IMG/VR virus record: IMGVR_UViG_2721755344_000003
Location: 24,493 to 88,492 of that record
Source: a virus
Lineage: Duplodnaviria > Caudoviricetes
DNA: 64,000 bases
Strand: one strand, 5' to 3'
Below are positions 46,277 to 57,422 of the stretch, in pieces. The translations under genes were made by a program, and so were the position numbers. The notes beneath the pieces were generated by a model. The model was not told the DNA's origin and searched no databases. It saw only the letters and a list, made by a program, of their open reading frames with translations. How positions within the stretch are numbered: position 1 is the stretch's first letter; every line of letters starts with the position of its first letter.

Positions 46277-48568
46277 TTATTGTTGCGTAGGAATATTAAA
46301 ATTATACGTATCTTCCATTTCCTTGTAGAATTCTGCTGCAGCCTTATTCTTTTCTTTATTAAGTGCTGCAGAATATGGGATCATTGCACTACCGGTCTTG
46401 TAGGCACCAGGCATATCTTTAAACTGTGTGGATCCCCGTACAAGATAAAGTTCATCACCATGAGTCTTTAAAAATGCTTTTACTTTTTCTTCAGTTTGAG
46501 ATGTTAAAAGTTCAGTGGGAATAACAGAAGCAAATTGTTCATAACTTGTTACACGAACAATACCAAGTTTCTTACCAAGAGCAGAAACATTATTTGCTTT
46601 TAATCCTGTAGCACCGAGATCAGTTATTGCATAATTCTGAGTCTTATCCCATATAGCAGCCTTTATTTTTCCTGACTTCATATCTCTTTCTGAAAAAATA
46701 AACCATGAGTCATAATAAGGTTCAGTAACCCACTCTAAAGGATTTTCTGTTTGTACACCTTTATTATTTACCGGATATCCTTCTTCATCATATTTAATAT
46801 AATTTCTCGTAACATATTCAGGTCCGACAACAATACCTCCTTCCATTCCACGAAGAGGAAGTTCTATACCACCAGGCATCCTTATTGTCTCACCACCTTC
46901 TCCAAGTTTCTTCATTATATATGACGAAGCATTATCAGACTGCAATGCTGATAATGGAACTGCAGTCTTTCTAACATAATATGCTTCTTTAGGAGTTCTT
47001 GAATAAGTGATATCTTCTGGTGCCCATGAAACAGATTCAGCATCCATCTTGTTTAAGAGAGTAGGCCATTTTGATAAAAATTCCTCCCTAGTATATTTAT
47101 CATTAGTAAATGTATTAATATAATACTGAGTGTCTGGTGCTGTTTGAGGTTGTGTGATTCCGGGATACATACCATACATAGATGTTAAACCAACACCAGG
47201 TTCAACATATGTCACCCATCCTTTCCAATATGTACTCTTATAAAGTTCTTCAGGAGTAAGTTTACTTAATTCTCCATCTAAAAGATTCTGCATTAACGCA
47301 TTCTTATTTACTTCATCCATATTCGGATTAGCAGACGCAAGACGTGTTTTGATAAATGCCAATCTATTTGGTGGTATTATATCTTCCTTCATATAAGTCC
47401 ATCCAAGTTGATCATCATCAAGCATCACTGCACGTTGCCACCATAGATCACCACCCACTCCGGTAGTCTCACCGTATCCACCAGGAAGAGCAGAATAAGA
47501 AGGACGATAAATCTTTCTTCCGGCTAACTGATCAGTAACTTTATCTTTTGCCAATTCTTCAGGAGTATACATTTTATAATGTTTATCATTCTCCTTATCA
47601 TAAATATAATAAGCAGTCTTATTCCACTTGTCAATATCTTTTTTATCTGTAAGTTCAGTAAAGAAATCAGTAGTAGGATTAGTAAATGCCCTGTTCTTTT
47701 CATGAAACCATTCATTCATAAGATCCCTGTAAGCATCATCATCTGACTTAATTTTATTCCAAGCACTATTAGTTATCTCGTCTATATTTTCTTGATTCGT
47801 TTGCAATGTAACAACCATTTTGCGTTTCTCAGTATCACTTATAGGAACATCCTGAAGCCAAATTTTATCTTTACTACCTAACGAACTTGCTGCACTTGGA
47901 ATCCAATCATTTATTAACTGATTTAATTTACCTTGATAATCTGGTTCAACCATTCCAAGTCTCTCATTGAAATATGGTTCAACTGCAGTTTTTCCATCTC
48001 TCTTGATTTCTCTTACTCCACCATAGAGTCCATAATTACTTTCAATATTCATTGCATTTAGACCATAGGTAAGATCAACTTCACCAATACCAGGAATATT
48101 TTTTTTAACAGGTGCATATCCTGTCTCCGGATTCTCTTCAAGAATGTAATCATTCGAAGCAGGGGCAATTCTTGCACTATAAGCACGTGCATTAGTAGCA
48201 CTACCTTTAGCAAGAGTTTTAAAATATTGTTGTTGCACTTCCTTCCCTTGAATACCAATAAGAATATTTGAATAATTATTATATGCTTCCTGTCGAGTAA
48301 TAGATTCATTACTGAGATCCTCATATAATTTTCTAGTTGCGGCAGTTTTCTCACTTGCAATTATCTGATCACCTATAAGAATAGCCTCAGTATAATCAGG
48401 TATAGCATCAAGATTAGTATATTCGTTCTGACCTTCACCAGTAATTCCTGACGATCTGGTTGCACGTGATCCATATGCAGATCCTCCAGATGGAATACTT
48501 AATCCTTGCGTAAGATCAATGAGTTGAAATGGTAATGCCCGGGGAGCAATATATGGTTGTTTTGCCAT
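46277..48568 (-). CDS. Putative virion cargo/ejection protein
   Basis: 763 aa; position between muzzle and vRNAP as in crAss-like genomes. Confidence 0.55.
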   Translation of the reverse strand: MAKQPYIAPRALPFQLIDLTQGLSIPSGGSAYGSRATRSSGITGEGQNEYTNLDAIPDYTEAILIGDQIIASEKTAATRKLYEDLSNESITRQEAYNNYSNILIGIQGKEVQQQYFKTLAKGSATNARAYSARIAPASNDYILEENPETGYAPVKKNIPGIGEVDLTYGLNAMNIESNYGLYGGVREIKRDGKTAVEPYFNERLGMVEPDYQGKLNQLINDWIPSAASSLGSKDKIWLQDVPISDTEKRKMVVTLQTNQENIDEITNSAWNKIKSDDDAYRDLMNEWFHEKNRAFTNPTTDFFTELTDKKDIDKWNKTAYYIYDKENDKHYKMYTPEELAKDKVTDQLAGRKIYRPSYSALPGGYGETTGVGGDLWWQRAVMLDDDQLGWTYMKEDIIPPNRLAFIKTRLASANPNMDEVNKNALMQNLLDGELSKLTPEELYKSTYWKGWVTYVEPGVGLTSMYGMYPGITQPQTAPDTQYYINTFTNDKYTREEFLSKWPTLLNKMDAESVSWAPEDITYSRTPKEAYYVRKTAVPLSALQSDNASSYIMKKLGEGGETIRMPGGIELPLRGMEGGIVVGPEYVTRNYIKYDEEGYPVNNKGVQTENPLEWVTEPYYDSWFIFSERDMKSGKIKAAIWDKTQNYAITDLGATGLKANNVSALGKKLGIVRVTSYEQFASVIPTELLTSQTEEKVKAFLKTHGDELYLVRGSTQFKDMPGAYKTGSAMIPYSAALNKEKNKAAAEFYKEMEDTYNFNIPTQQ

Positions 48569-48584
48569 GTCATTAAGGATTTAT

Positions 48585-49577
48585 TTATGAATTACCACCA
48601 GTAATACTATTTATTATACTCTGTAAATATTTAACACTATCTATATCTCCATTTATTATAGCTTGATTCATTGCCGAATAAAGTTCAGGTACTCTGTATT
48701 GCATCGATGTTTTATAATTACCATAACTTACAAGACTCTGACCTAAATTAAGAACACCCTGAACACCAGTCTGCATTGCCTCACTCTTTATCCCTGCCTT
48801 CATTGCTTCAGTCTGCCAGTCATATCCTGCCTTCACACCCCCCCATTGTTGACGTTGCTGAATATTAAACTGTTCAACGCCAATCCCCTGTATTGCAGCC
48901 TGCCTCTTTATTTCTTCATTCCTTGCAGAGATCTGACGTTCTGCGTCAAGAATCTGAGCAAGAGCACCAGTACTTACATCCTTACCCAATAACTGACCTT
49001 GCCTTATAGTAGATGCGTAAAGATTCTTTAACATAGATTGTTGTGCTCCATATTCTCCGGCAGTAACACCCAAGTAAGGTTTCTTTACTTCTTTAGGAGC
49101 AGGAAGTTGCGGAGATGTCATCTTATCTGCCAAGTTAGATGAACGTACCGCATTGCCAATACCAAGCAACGTAGAGGCAACATTCAATGCTATACCGATA
49201 GGTGCCGTATAAGGAATTGCTGATAGTACTGAACCTCCAATACCGGTAATAGTAGAAGCAGTATTTAAATCTTTTGTTGTCTGATCAATACCAGGAGTTT
49301 GATTAGCACCAGGAGTTTCACGTGGAATATATCCTTCTGAACCATATTCTGTCTGTTGAACAATAGGTTCCGCAGTATAACTTGGTCGTACCGGTTTAGT
49401 GCCGGTCATACCACCAGTATATATATCATAATATTGCTCAGGTTGTAATCCTCCATATACATTAATACCTAATTGTTCTGGTCCATAAAATTTTTTCCCC
49501 CATGTTGACATTCCATATAACGATGAAGGAACTCTATATCCTGTTAATGGAATCTGAAACGGATCGATTGTATACAT
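48585..49577 (-). CDS. Putative cargo/ejection protein with Gly/Ala-rich membrane-active helices
   Basis: GIGGSVLSAIPYTAPIGIALNVASTLLGIG; Gln-rich coiled coil. Confidence 0.6.
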   Translation of the reverse strand: MYTIDPFQIPLTGYRVPSSLYGMSTWGKKFYGPEQLGINVYGGLQPEQYYDIYTGGMTGTKPVRPSYTAEPIVQQTEYGSEGYIPRETPGANQTPGIDQTTKDLNTASTITGIGGSVLSAIPYTAPIGIALNVASTLLGIGNAVRSSNLADKMTSPQLPAPKEVKKPYLGVTAGEYGAQQSMLKNLYASTIRQGQLLGKDVSTGALAQILDAERQISARNEEIKRQAAIQGIGVEQFNIQQRQQWGGVKAGYDWQTEAMKAGIKSEAMQTGVQGVLNLGQSLVSYGNYKTSMQYRVPELYSAMNQAIINGDIDSVKYLQSIINSITGGNS

Positions 49578-49581
49578 TTTA

Positions 49582-52500
49582 TTAATCTGTTATAGGTGTA
49601 AAATCTGTTATTATACTTTTTAAAAATTTAGCATTTATATCTGCATATTCTAATCTTACCTTAAGCCATGCACCTTTCATATCTGAATTTACAAAATATT
49701 CATCACCACTTCCATCACCAGTACCAGGAAATACCGTGACAGGTGTAACAGTTACCATTATAGGATATCTCCATTTATTACCAAAATATTCTGGTTGTAA
49801 CCAAAAACTTGTAATACCATCACCTAGATTATAAGTGGAAGTCTGATACTCGGTAGTATATATTATCTTATCAAATTCATACTTGTCAGTCTCTATCTCT
49901 AGTGCTTCAAAGATCTTGGAATAGAGTAATGTATTCTGTTCTTGATTCTGACCATTAACAATAAACTCAATAATAAAATCTTTAACCACACCATTAAAAA
50001 CAAGTACAGATCCAAGATCCATTTGAAATATATGGGAATGATTAGTAGTTACTTCAAGATCATAGAAATTATACATATCTGAATCAAGAGAAAAAATAAA
50101 TCGTGGAATATCATGATATCTCTGAGTAAATACATTAAACAATTCATTGTAAACAAGTATACCATAACCATAAGTCTGATGTTTAAATGCAAAGATCATC
50201 TCATCATACTTACCATGATATCCTGTTATAAAATAATTAGATCCAACAAAAGCATCTACAAATAAATCATCTAAAGCCTTATAATCTATTATACTTGTCC
50301 TTGTATGTCCAGCACCAATAAACCAATTATTCAACCAGGTCTTCATCATTCCTGTTCGTAAAAGATCCATGACAAGATATCTGCCATACTGACTCTTTGT
50401 AATTCTCCATATAGTTTGTTTCTCAACATCAATTCCATATCCTCTAAGAATACTCCACTGATGACGTGAACCATAAGTTATACCATTATCATTTAACTCA
50501 TAGAACTGTTCTGACAAAGCATCACCTACTCCAAGAACAAGATCTGATACATTCATATCCTGTTTAAGTTGTTGTTCATTTGTAAAGTGAAGTAAGATAG
50601 TAGAATTATGAACAGAGAATAATCTATTCTCAATATTCATTAATTTAACTATTTCTCCCTTACCAAGATTGTACGATTTCTCATAAGTAGGATAGATAGA
50701 TCTATATCCGTCAAGATATGCACCATCAATATGTGCATCAGAATGACGTATAGTATTTGGTTTTAAAATCTGACTTCTACTTAATAATGTCATACTATTA
50801 AATCTTACATAAGGCCACACTTCACTATATCCTAAATTGATTTGAAAAGCCTCTTCCATAGTAGATTCTGCATAATTTAATGCTGCCCATTCTTCCTCAC
50901 TAATATCAATCTTGGGATAATAACTAAATTCCGTTGTCTTATTACGCATCTCGATATTATTCTTATTTTCAGAATAAAAGTTAATACTTACACCATGCGT
51001 ATATAAATTAGTTGGACTACTTACATCAATATCATCCTTATCATTATCATCAAGATTACGTAATACACGTAACCATGATCTCTGAAGAAAACAATCTCCA
51101 CCTCTACTACTAATTATATCTGTAGTACAATAAGACATAGGATACCAACTAGATGAAGGAGACCATTCAATATTATAAAGCAATGCAACATTATCTCGAA
51201 TACCAGTATAAAAATCAGTAGTCGATGGATCTTCCTTGTAAATATTTACAAGTCTTAAATTAAACTCAACCTTATATGCTACAACATCTTTATTCAAATT
51301 AAAAATATCATCAGAACTATAATCAATATCAGTAATAAACCACGTTGTATCATAACTTACAATAGTATGTTCTACCTCATATATTCGTGAATCACCAGTA
51401 TCTGCATTATTATACGTTATCCATATTTTATCACCAGTAATAAAATTATGTACAGCAAGAGTAGTAAACTTACATTTCCCTCCACTATCTTCAACATCCA
51501 AAACTAAAAATCCCTGAACACCATAATCAGTATCCGTTATTTCAACACCTATATACTTTGGTGTTCTCATACTCCTATTTTTACATATACCAATATGATC
51601 TCTATAAAAAGCAATTTTTTCAGAGTGAGCATCATCAATATCCATATCTTCCCAATTATCATAATCTTCAAACTTACTACTAAACCTACCTGCTGTATGA
51701 TGAGTATCATAAGGACATTCATAAAGTTTACATTCACGGTAAACTGGAGTTATTCCTTCAGTAACAGATAATGATTCTTTTTCTGCAGCAAAAAGAACTG
51801 GATCAAGACCATCGGTTGCTCCAGTTGTTACTTTCATTCTACGAGCCGGAGATAACCCATCATTAAAATTATCTATGACAGTTATGTAAGCCGTTTGTCC
51901 ATCATAAAAACTTGCATTCCCAAGAATATGATCCATTGAAAATACACCATATCTTTGAATTGCCGGTTTTGGAATTCTTACACGCCCCCCAAAAAAATAT
52001 TTCTCATTAGTAGGATTTATAATCTCACATGGAATGGGAGCTTCAGTAGGATGAGAATATATCATTGGCATATATAGAGCTTCATCAAAATGCTCATCAA
52101 AATCCTCGAACCAACCAAGACCAAAAAATGGATTCCAATCACCCCAATCAATAATACTAAGTCTTATCATTTCTGCGTCCTCATTCAGAGCAGCAAATGA
52201 AAGACTAGATAATCCTTGATACAATAAATTCTTATATCTATCACCGACAACAAACCTTATTTCAGCAACATTAGAAAACTTAGATAAGTTATCATCATAA
52301 TACTTATATGCAGTTTCACCAGCACCCCAATCATAATCAAAACGCAATGACAACGATAATGCAATATCTTGTCTATTCACATCGTGACTTGAAGAAGTGT
52401 ACATTGGAAATCTATAAAATGATGCACCCTTTAATTCAGAATCATTACCAGCACCAGCAGCAGAAGGAGTAGATCTGTCATAAGCATCATATCCAGCAGT

Positions 52501-53772
52501 GGGATATATTTCTGACAATGTTCCATCAGTAAATAAATATTGCAATCCTATAGGATATATTTCTCCACGGAAGAATCCGGTTCTATTATATACATAAGTT
52601 TCATCTTTGTAATATGAATTTAATACTTCTACAGTATATCTTGGCATACATCTGGAAGCAAACTCGATAAGATCTACATTATTTATACTGATACTTTTCC
52701 AGTTTGCACCATAATATCTATTATCAATAGAAGTGTGTGACTTGCATATATTTTCCTTAGTTGGTGGTTTTAATATATCTGCAGCAACTATAACAAGTCT
52801 ACTTTCATCTCCACTAATAACAAGATTATGATATTCATCTCCCGTAATAGGATAATAATTATCAATAAGCCATTCTTCAGATGTAGAACAACAACCTTCG
52901 TTACCAAAAAATCTTACTATAGCAATTTGAAAATAATCATATGACTCATCAACATTACTAATAGAATCTATGATAATTCTTTTATTTGTCATAGATAATC
53001 CATCAACATCAAACATTCCTTGATTCTCATCATTTTGTCCATAACCTTCAGGAATAAGAAATGGTCCGTAAATACCTACAAATGAAGTAGCATTGAAATC
53101 TTTCGTCACATATCTTAAATGAAGAAATATATTCCCTGGTGGCAAACTACCTCCACTATCAAGACTTACACTTGCAACATCTATTACCGGAATAATTGTA
53201 GAAGAAAGAAACTGAAGGCATGTAGTATTTATCTGATCATCGAAATAAGTCCTATCTGTCTGTTCACCGGTGATCTTAAATCCGGTATTTATTATCCTAT
53301 TAGGATTAGTATCGTCACATATATAAAGATCGACACTGTTATCCCAGGATGTCTTAGGAAAAATCTCTGCCCAATTAGTATAAGTATAACCAAGAAGAGA
53401 AGTAGAAAAACTTCCATGATTACCTTTTGTTGCTCCACCATAATTATTAAGAGGAAGATAAGCAAGTGTAAAAGATGTATTAGTAGAACTCCATGCAGTA
53501 GGAGAAGGAAAACAACCAAGTTCAGATACACCTGTATCAACATTAATAGATAAGATATACATAATCCCATTAAAAACAGTATATCCTATTGGTTTAAAAT
53601 TAGTGGAAAGAGAGAAAACAACTGTATCACCATTAATAGTTGACACTATTAATCCCTGTCCTGTCTTCTCTATAAGACGTGCATTCTGAATAAGTGTAGC
53701 AGCATTACCAGGCATCCTTGAATAATCAAGATCCTGCATCATACCTTTCTCGAATGTATTTACAACTTTCAT
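49582..53772 (-). CDS. Tail stabilization / muzzle protein (P22 gp10-like, crAss-type)
   Basis: 1396 aa; N-terminal NTFEKGMMQDLD...NAR; C-terminal MKGAWLKVRL; synteny. Confidence 0.8.
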   Translation of the reverse strand: MKVVNTFEKGMMQDLDYSRMPGNAATLIQNARLIEKTGQGLIVSTINGDTVVFSLSTNFKPIGYTVFNGIMYILSINVDTGVSELGCFPSPTAWSSTNTSFTLAYLPLNNYGGATKGNHGSFSTSLLGYTYTNWAEIFPKTSWDNSVDLYICDDTNPNRIINTGFKITGEQTDRTYFDDQINTTCLQFLSSTIIPVIDVASVSLDSGGSLPPGNIFLHLRYVTKDFNATSFVGIYGPFLIPEGYGQNDENQGMFDVDGLSMTNKRIIIDSISNVDESYDYFQIAIVRFFGNEGCCSTSEEWLIDNYYPITGDEYHNLVISGDESRLVIVAADILKPPTKENICKSHTSIDNRYYGANWKSISINNVDLIEFASRCMPRYTVEVLNSYYKDETYVYNRTGFFRGEIYPIGLQYLFTDGTLSEIYPTAGYDAYDRSTPSAAGAGNDSELKGASFYRFPMYTSSSHDVNRQDIALSLSLRFDYDWGAGETAYKYYDDNLSKFSNVAEIRFVVGDRYKNLLYQGLSSLSFAALNEDAEMIRLSIIDWGDWNPFFGLGWFEDFDEHFDEALYMPMIYSHPTEAPIPCEIINPTNEKYFFGGRVRIPKPAIQRYGVFSMDHILGNASFYDGQTAYITVIDNFNDGLSPARRMKVTTGATDGLDPVLFAAEKESLSVTEGITPVYRECKLYECPYDTHHTAGRFSSKFEDYDNWEDMDIDDAHSEKIAFYRDHIGICKNRSMRTPKYIGVEITDTDYGVQGFLVLDVEDSGGKCKFTTLAVHNFITGDKIWITYNNADTGDSRIYEVEHTIVSYDTTWFITDIDYSSDDIFNLNKDVVAYKVEFNLRLVNIYKEDPSTTDFYTGIRDNVALLYNIEWSPSSSWYPMSYCTTDIISSRGGDCFLQRSWLRVLRNLDDNDKDDIDVSSPTNLYTHGVSINFYSENKNNIEMRNKTTEFSYYPKIDISEEEWAALNYAESTMEEAFQINLGYSEVWPYVRFNSMTLLSRSQILKPNTIRHSDAHIDGAYLDGYRSIYPTYEKSYNLGKGEIVKLMNIENRLFSVHNSTILLHFTNEQQLKQDMNVSDLVLGVGDALSEQFYELNDNGITYGSRHQWSILRGYGIDVEKQTIWRITKSQYGRYLVMDLLRTGMMKTWLNNWFIGAGHTRTSIIDYKALDDLFVDAFVGSNYFITGYHGKYDEMIFAFKHQTYGYGILVYNELFNVFTQRYHDIPRFIFSLDSDMYNFYDLEVTTNHSHIFQMDLGSVLVFNGVVKDFIIEFIVNGQNQEQNTLLYSKIFEALEIETDKYEFDKIIYTTEYQTSTYNLGDGITSFWLQPEYFGNKWRYPIMVTVTPVTVFPGTGDGSGDEYFVNSDMKGAWLKVRLEYADINAKFLKSIITDFTPITD

Positions 53773-54410
53773 TAGTCTAAATTATATAGTGGTATCCATC
53801 CCGGATGAACAACCATATTACACATAATCTTATTTATTTCTTCCAGATCGTTACGTGATATGTCCCTGAATCCTGATGATATGGCAGACAAGGATACGCC
53901 AAACCGTGACTCCCAATTATGATAAAATTCTGCACTTACCTTTTGATTAGCATAATCTTCTTCATACATTTTCATCACACAAAAATTATAACATGCCTGT
54001 TCATATCCTTTCCGGATATATGGATATCCTGTCTTTGGATCACAAGGAATGCCATAATAGTTTATATAACACTTGGTAAGAGTACAATCACTATCGAAAT
54101 GAAGATATACCCCGTCTTTATAATATTTTATCCTGGCATAATATTCGTCAAACACATCAAGTAAACGATGAATATTAATTGGAAGTAATGTCTTAAGATC
54201 TATTATATCCAGTTTATCAAGATCATCAGTTTTTTCAGGATCACCTTTATAAAGATATAATCTTACCGGATCCCTGATGAACTCAGTAACAACTTCTGCA
54301 CACCACCGTATAATATCACGGTCATTGAATCCTGTAAGTTTCTGTTTGTATACTGCAGCAAGTCTAAGATAGATCTCTTGCGGTGTAGTAAAGTCATTGT
54401 TTTCTGCCAT
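53772..54410 (-). CDS. Tail ring / tubular protein (crAss-type)
   Basis: 212 aa; YYGIPCD..GYP motif; directly upstream of the muzzle. Confidence 0.65.
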   Translation of the reverse strand: MAENNDFTTPQEIYLRLAAVYKQKLTGFNDRDIIRWCAEVVTEFIRDPVRLYLYKGDPEKTDDLDKLDIIDLKTLLPINIHRLLDVFDEYYARIKYYKDGVYLHFDSDCTLTKCYINYYGIPCDPKTGYPYIRKGYEQACYNFCVMKMYEEDYANQKVSAEFYHNWESRFGVSLSAISSGFRDISRNDLEEINKIMCNMVVHPGWIPLYNLD

Positions 54411-54921
54411 CGGTTTCTATTTTAGAATAACGTTCCCTATTCTCTATTTTCTTCTCTAATATCTTTCTCCATCTGTCAGTGAACTTAGCATGGTATAATA
54501 TACCACCGGTTCTTCTTCTCGCTCCCTTGTGCATCATAACGACAAGATCTGTCCTATATAACCTCAGACTCTTCTTATCAAATATATCCATCTCCCGTAC
54601 AGATAACCTTGCAAGATATTTATACGGCAGACGATATGTTATCTTCTGTTCAATAAGATCTTCCGTCAGACACTCAAAGAACGCATTACAGATGTTCCTA
54701 GCAATCCACCTACTCAGATATCCCCTCGACCTATATCCCCACTCTGCGGTCTTTATATGACTCAGGACAGGGTAAAACAACTCTCTCCAAGAACCGAAAC
54801 TATTATTAACCTTAAACTCTTCATTCTTATCATCTAAAAGATCTGTTAAATTATAGACCTTTATATATATCGTATCCTCAAAATCATCGATCTTTACTTT
54901 GTACTTGTACCAATAACTCAT
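54394..54921 (-). CDS. IHF/HU-like protein of the crAss structural cluster
   Basis: ICNAFFECLTEDLIEQKITYRLPYKYLARLSVRE resembles the IHF helix-strand pattern; synteny. Confidence 0.5.
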   Translation of the reverse strand: MSYWYKYKVKIDDFEDTIYIKVYNLTDLLDDKNEEFKVNNSFGSWRELFYPVLSHIKTAEWGYRSRGYLSRWIARNICNAFFECLTEDLIEQKITYRLPYKYLARLSVREMDIFDKKSLRLYRTDLVVMMHKGARRRTGGILYHAKFTDRWRKILEKKIENRERYSKIETDGRKQ

Positions 54922-55085
54922 TGTTTCTTACCCATTGAATATAGATTCTTTTTACTCTGTTCGAAGATCCCATTACACATTGCATATGCGTGTGACTGAT
55001 TCTTTGCCTTACCTTCTGATAAGACAAAAGGAATACATCTTCCAATAAATTCCTTCTTACTCTCGTTACTCTTCGGGGTTGGCAT
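54918..55085 (-). CDS. Small conserved phage protein (not in ORF track)
   Basis: 55 aa, MPTPKSNESKKEFIGRCIPFVLSEG...AYAMC; ATGA overlap with 54921. Confidence 0.75.
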   Translation of the reverse strand: MPTPKSNESKKEFIGRCIPFVLSEGKAKNQSHAYAMCNGIFEQSKKNLYSMGKKQ

Positions 55086-55482
55086 TATTATCTGCGTATT
55101 TAGTTATTCCCGGATTTCTTTCACCACCATGTCTGCCTGGATCAGTTCCACTATATTGAGCAGAATGATTTACCTTCATATCTATACCAAGAACATTCTT
55201 TATTGCCTTATAATAATCTCCACCATCAGGATTAAGAGTATGCCTACCAAGATAACCACCTTCTCCCTCAATCCCTGCAGTTGTCTCAGCATCCAATAAT
55301 CTGTCAGTAACAAATGCTTGGTCAATAGTTATACCTATATAAGATACACCATCAATAGTAACAGTATAAGTCTTTGCTGATCCGGATCCTACGACTGTAA
55401 AATCCTCGGTCTGATAACCAGGATAGAACACCTGGTCATCAACGACAGTTAATTCCTGAAAAGTAAGATATTGTGCCATCAC
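55066..55482 (-). CDS. Hypothetical structural-cluster protein
   Basis: 138 aa; coupled to the upstream gene. Confidence 0.65.
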   Translation of the reverse strand: MMAQYLTFQELTVVDDQVFYPGYQTEDFTVVGSGSAKTYTVTIDGVSYIGITIDQAFVTDRLLDAETTAGIEGEGGYLGRHTLNPDGGDYYKAIKNVLGIDMKVNHSAQYSGTDPGRHGGERNPGITKYADNNANPEE

Positions 55483-56165
55483 CCTTGTTGTTTAAGTTCC
55501 TTCTGAGCAGTAGGAACCACAACATTCTGAGTGTTATCTATCCGATCATTAACTATATCTACAGGCACAGCCATTTTCTCCAAGATATTCTTGGTGACAA
55601 TAAGTTCAAGTTTTGGAATCAATACATCTGGCAAAGGAAATATAGATGTCTTATCATCAAATCCTTCTATATTTCTTGGATCTTCAAAGATCCCTATCAC
55701 AGTAATATTCTCTACACCATAGGTATTCCTTAGTTTTAAACTACTCTCTACATAGGTATAACATGGATCGGTTGACGTGTACCTGTCATAATCTATGAGA
55801 CGGAATGCATCGAAGGTAAGACGATTATAACTGCGTGTATAATCCCAATCACCAACAAACTTGAGATCTGACCACCCAATATCTGCTACTGTCGATGGTA
55901 TTGTCACATACCATTTTTTATCATCAAGATGAAATGTTAATCCACCTATAGAGACTGAATTAACACTTTGAATAGCAGGATACTGAATCTCCTGATAGAA
56001 TTGATCCATCGTTGCCTTACTATTATGCGTTTCACGTATAAGAATATTTCGTACTGCAACAATCTGATCTTTCACCCATTTATCGGACAATAGACTATCA
56101 TCACTCAGACGTGGTTTGACCTGCCTGATGCAACTGTAAGTTATCCGTTGTAATGTCTTTTCCAT
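55479..56165 (-). CDS. Tail ring/neck protein (crAss-type)
   Basis: 228 aa; GIFEDPR ... FPLPD motifs; synteny. Confidence 0.65.
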   Translation of the reverse strand: MEKTLQRITYSCIRQVKPRLSDDSLLSDKWVKDQIVAVRNILIRETHNSKATMDQFYQEIQYPAIQSVNSVSIGGLTFHLDDKKWYVTIPSTVADIGWSDLKFVGDWDYTRSYNRLTFDAFRLIDYDRYTSTDPCYTYVESSLKLRNTYGVENITVIGIFEDPRNIEGFDDKTSIFPLPDVLIPKLELIVTKNILEKMAVPVDIVNDRIDNTQNVVVPTAQKELKQQG

Positions 56166-56177
56166 AATTATAAGAAA

Positions 56178-56204
56178 TAGGGTGGTCCAAAAGAACCACC
56201 CATA
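56178..56204 (-). terminator. Rho-independent terminator after the auxiliary capsid gene
   Basis: GGGTGGT/ACCACCC stem, with a T-rich tail on the minus strand. Confidence 0.75.
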
Positions 56205-56213
56205 TTTAAAAGT

Positions 56214-57401
56214 CTACCATGTTGTCGGCCATGAACCCGGAGTCAATTCGAAAGCATAAAGAAGAAGTTGTTCGAATGTCTTATCCGCAGTAAAACCGGC
56301 ATGTGTTGGTTCCCACATATAATTAGTATCATCCCAGAGATTAGTAGATATCAATGAAGTTAATACATAAAAATCAACTTCACGATATCTTGTCTCCACT
56401 GAACTAGCACCAGTAAGTCCTGGATGTGGCTCAATAGGATATCTGATATGATACTTAGTATATGAGGCATTAAGTGGTACATCAACAAATGTTCCAGCCT
56501 GATCTGGCTTAATAGCGAAATTTCTTACCATCCAGGTATAATCCATTACCGGATATGCACCTGCATCAAGAGTAGTCACTGTTGCCCAATCTTCATTCTC
56601 ATAACCTACCCTGAACTGAGTATCTGCACTCTTTGCAACAAGTCCAAGTAAATGAACTGTCACTGCACTTAATGTACCCTGAACAGCATTATTAGGAGTT
56701 ACAAACTTTTCCGTACCAGTCTCAATGACTGTAATCTGTAATGTTCCTGAACTATATGCTACTGCATAACCAGCCTGGGTAGTATTAATATTTAACAGTA
56801 GAGCAGTTTTCTTAATAGCACCAGTACCACCTGCTCCTGTAAAAGTAATAGTACCACCAACAAAAGGAACATCAAACGTACTGGTAGTAGCATTATCAAC
56901 AATATCAAAAGTGAATGCCAGACCAGCAGTAACAATAGCATTAGGATCATTATTAATGGCAATGATAAGACGTTCATTAATCTCGTCCACATCACCACCA
57001 TCAGCAGGATCCAGATGACCAGAAACAGCAGCATCAAGTTGAGGGATGACATGATTGTATGTTCTTTCAACTTCAATGTACTGATCTGTAGATCCGTCAT
57101 GTTTGGCTTTATTTGCAATAGCCACCCATGCCTCATAGTTGATATCAATATCAGGATAGGTCGGAGTTAAGGCAAGAGCAATAGCCTGTACTAAACCTGC
57201 ACTCGTAGTATCTTTCCTGCAATAATAACCTGCAGGAAGAACACCAGCAGCAGCAGCAGCTCCCTGAATATCAAGACCAAATTCCTTTACAACAAGATGT
57301 TTCAAAGCAGTAATACTATCTAAATATCCACCAAACTTGGTAGCATCCAGAGTATTAAACAGAAACTCCTGTTTAGCATGAATTAAATTTCCACCTTTCA
57401 T
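56214..57401 (-). CDS. Auxiliary capsid / decoration protein (crAss-type)
   Basis: 395 aa; Ala/Gly/Thr-rich, abundant-protein codon style; own terminator; synteny. Confidence 0.6.
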   Translation of the reverse strand: MKGGNLIHAKQEFLFNTLDATKFGGYLDSITALKHLVVKEFGLDIQGAAAAAGVLPAGYYCRKDTTSAGLVQAIALALTPTYPDIDINYEAWVAIANKAKHDGSTDQYIEVERTYNHVIPQLDAAVSGHLDPADGGDVDEINERLIIAINNDPNAIVTAGLAFTFDIVDNATTSTFDVPFVGGTITFTGAGGTGAIKKTALLLNINTTQAGYAVAYSSGTLQITVIETGTEKFVTPNNAVQGTLSAVTVHLLGLVAKSADTQFRVGYENEDWATVTTLDAGAYPVMDYTWMVRNFAIKPDQAGTFVDVPLNASYTKYHIRYPIEPHPGLTGASSVETRYREVDFYVLTSLISTNLWDDTNYMWEPTHAGFTADKTFEQLLLYAFELTPGSWPTTW

Positions 57402-57422
57402 TATAGTAAGTATTAAATGTTA

